Positions 61,960 to 64,000 of a stretch of 64,000 bases of DNA are shown here, one piece after another. The position numbers and the translations under genes are program-made. Every line of letters starts with the position of its first letter. Position 1 is the first letter of the stretch. Under the pieces are notes generated by a model that did no database searches, was not told where the DNA came from, and worked only from the letters and a program-made list of their open reading frames with translations. The stretch comes from Squalus acanthias (Eukaryota), in assembly GCA_030390025.1 (NCBI GenBank), contig CM059432.1, positions 123,816,001-123,880,000 on the forward strand. Reading direction: 5' to 3'.

Positions 61960-62207
61960 ATATGGGAGATGAGGAGAATTATTTTTTACGCAGCAAGTTG
62001 TTATGATCTGGAATGCACTGCCTGAATGGGTGGTGGAAGCAGATTCAGTAATAACTTTCAAAGGGATATATACTTGAAAAATAACAATTTGCAGGGGTAC
62101 GGGGAAAGAGCAGGGGAGTGGGACTAATTGGCTAGTTCTTTCAAAGAGCCGACACAGGCACGATGGGTCGAATGGCCTCCTTCTGTGCTGTACTGTTTGA
62201 TTCTATG
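61960..62207 (+). mobile_element. CR1 3' end
   Basis: MRR..FTQ.V...WNALP and 3' UTR GATGGGTCGAATGGCCTCCTTCTGTGCTGTA. Confidence 0.75.
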
Positions 62208-62499
62208 TAATCACCTTTATTGTTCTGTTGTTGGTCACTAATGCAGTTTTATGCAGAAGTATCTGAATCTCACTATTTATGTATCCTAGTTGAAGGCTCT
62301 CTTTTTTGTGCATATGTTCATTGAAGTCAGTTTGTGTTCCATTATTCATTGTATTAAAGTTGGATTTTCACTTTAATTCTCTGGTCTATTACTCTTTGAA
62401 TTCCCAGTCCCATGAGGGTCAGAAGGTACATTGCCACGTGCTTGGGTGGGCATTGCCTTTCAAAAGTCTTTCCTGTCTGAGGGCAAGGAAGAAGGTGGA

Positions 62500-63270
62500 T
62501 AAGCTGGGCATTCTGATAGTGGAGGCAATCAATTACTGAACAGTGCTGCTAGGAGCTGCCCTCTGACTGCCCTGGCAGCTGGAAGCAACAACTAATCTGT
62601 GTGGGCATCACCTCTTGGCTCTGGGCCCTGCAGCACATGGTCTTCAGGTGCCACGGGCTCCTCACCAGGGATGTCCAAGCTCATCCCTCTCTGGTGCATA
62701 CTGCAGGACGCCCCCTGACCTGTCCAGGCACCTGAAGAACCTCAAAGGTCCTCTCCACCACCTGCCTGGTGGCTGCATGTGCACGACTGCAGCACTCCTC
62801 TGCTGCGTCCTGCATCACTCAGATGCTGTCAGCAGCCATGGCATCAGGGTGTAGACCTTGACCCCAGGATCCAACTGGCGATTCGCCTAGCCTTGCTGAA
62901 CAGCTGGGCGATGGCGAAATGGCGAATGATAAAGATGTTGTGGCAGCTCTCTGCATGTTGCATGTTGACGTGCAGTATCCATTGCCGGGCATCACAGACA
63001 ATCTGCACATTAAGTGCGTGGAAGCCCTTCCCGTTGATGTAAGTTACGGGGCTTTGGATTGGCACTTTCATGTTCTACGTGGGTTCTGTCAATCACCCTC
63101 TGCACCTCGTGGAAGTCAGCGAGCCTGTAGAACTGTATGGCCCCGTCTCTGTGCTCCTCAAGCGACATGCCATAGGAGATGACATGCGCTGCCTGTACAT
63201 TGTCTGGGGGTGTAATAGCGAGTGGCGCGCTGTCTCCTGGTATGGTGACTCCCAGCGCAGGAAAGCGTTG
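62500..63270 (-). pseudogene. Harbinger transposase remnant
   Basis: YINGKGFHALNVQIVCDARQWILHVN..SCHN.FI is a DDE_Tnp_4-like motif. Confidence 0.7.
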
Positions 63271-63539
63271 GAAACTGTTGCCTTGAAATTCGTTTCGGGC
63301 GGTAACGCAAAACGGGCGTTATCGGATCAGCCCCCCATTTATAGGCAGTGCCTGATATTCAGTTCTATTACAGTCAATGGAACTGAATATCAGGCGCTGC
63401 ATAGAACAGGCGGCCGAACCGTTTTGCACCACCGCTTGAGACGAATTTCGAGGCCCATTGGTCCAAAGTCACCTGTTCCTCCCGAGCTTGCTACACTCGC
63501 CATATGTTCCATGTCTCAAATTACTCATATACTGTATCC

Positions 63540-64000
63540 TAAAATCATGAATTTGCGGTCGGAGGCTTCCCACGGGAAAATGCCTCCGTTCCGCAAATAA
63601 AACCCACGCCTACCTGATGGTCCGGGAGGTAAGGAGACTCGCGGTCCTGGGCCTCTCCGGGTACCCGCGGGCAGAGGCCCACGTATCCCAGGGCGCAGGC
63701 GGTTCGCAAGCGCCCCTGGGATCACATGGGCCGGCTCAACGAATGACAGAAGGGAATCCCCATTCATGCTTTTGGAGATTCCGTATTCACAGAAACCCCA
63801 TAAGTATGAATGGGAATACCCCCAAAAATACCTCTACACTTCAAATAAATAAATAAAAAATCACATACTTAAAATGAATTAAAAGACCATTTCATTCAAT
63901 ATTTAAAACAAAAATTTAATTTTTTGAAAAATAAATTTACTTGTTTTAAAGGGGTTAAAAATAAGCTTACCTTATTGGACAGGTTTTTAAATGTATAAAT
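63540..64000. mobile_element. Family D-like MITE running off the window
   Basis: Similar to 52155-52560. Confidence 0.65.

Overview
This is eukaryotic, repeat-dominated DNA. The DeuSINE/SacSINE1-type SINEs, CR1, RTE, Penelope-derived hairpins and PIF/Harbinger elements suggest a shark or other cartilaginous fish (inference). No host protein-coding gene could be supported. The main object is a very young 9.3-kb LTR element on the minus strand (14156-23467). It has ~1.68-kb near-identical TG...CA LTRs, a CACG target duplication, a tRNA-Arg-type PBS and a PPT. It carries an intact gag (coiled coil, overlapping PSAP/PPxY late domain, CCHC knuckle) and an env-like class I fusion gene with an N-terminal Ig-like domain, but no recognisable protease, RT, RNase H or integrase. 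Where pol should be, the gag UGA lies in a CUAG readthrough context followed by a stem-loop, in frame with a ~370-codon coiled-coil/acidic repeat ORF. A diverged solo LTR of the same family lies at 52750-55030. The rest is nested transposons: decayed two-gene Harbingers and their MITEs with non-TWA 3-bp TSDs, CR1 copies, a 5'-inverted RTE, and a Penelope-type hairpin carrying a hammerhead ribozyme motif.
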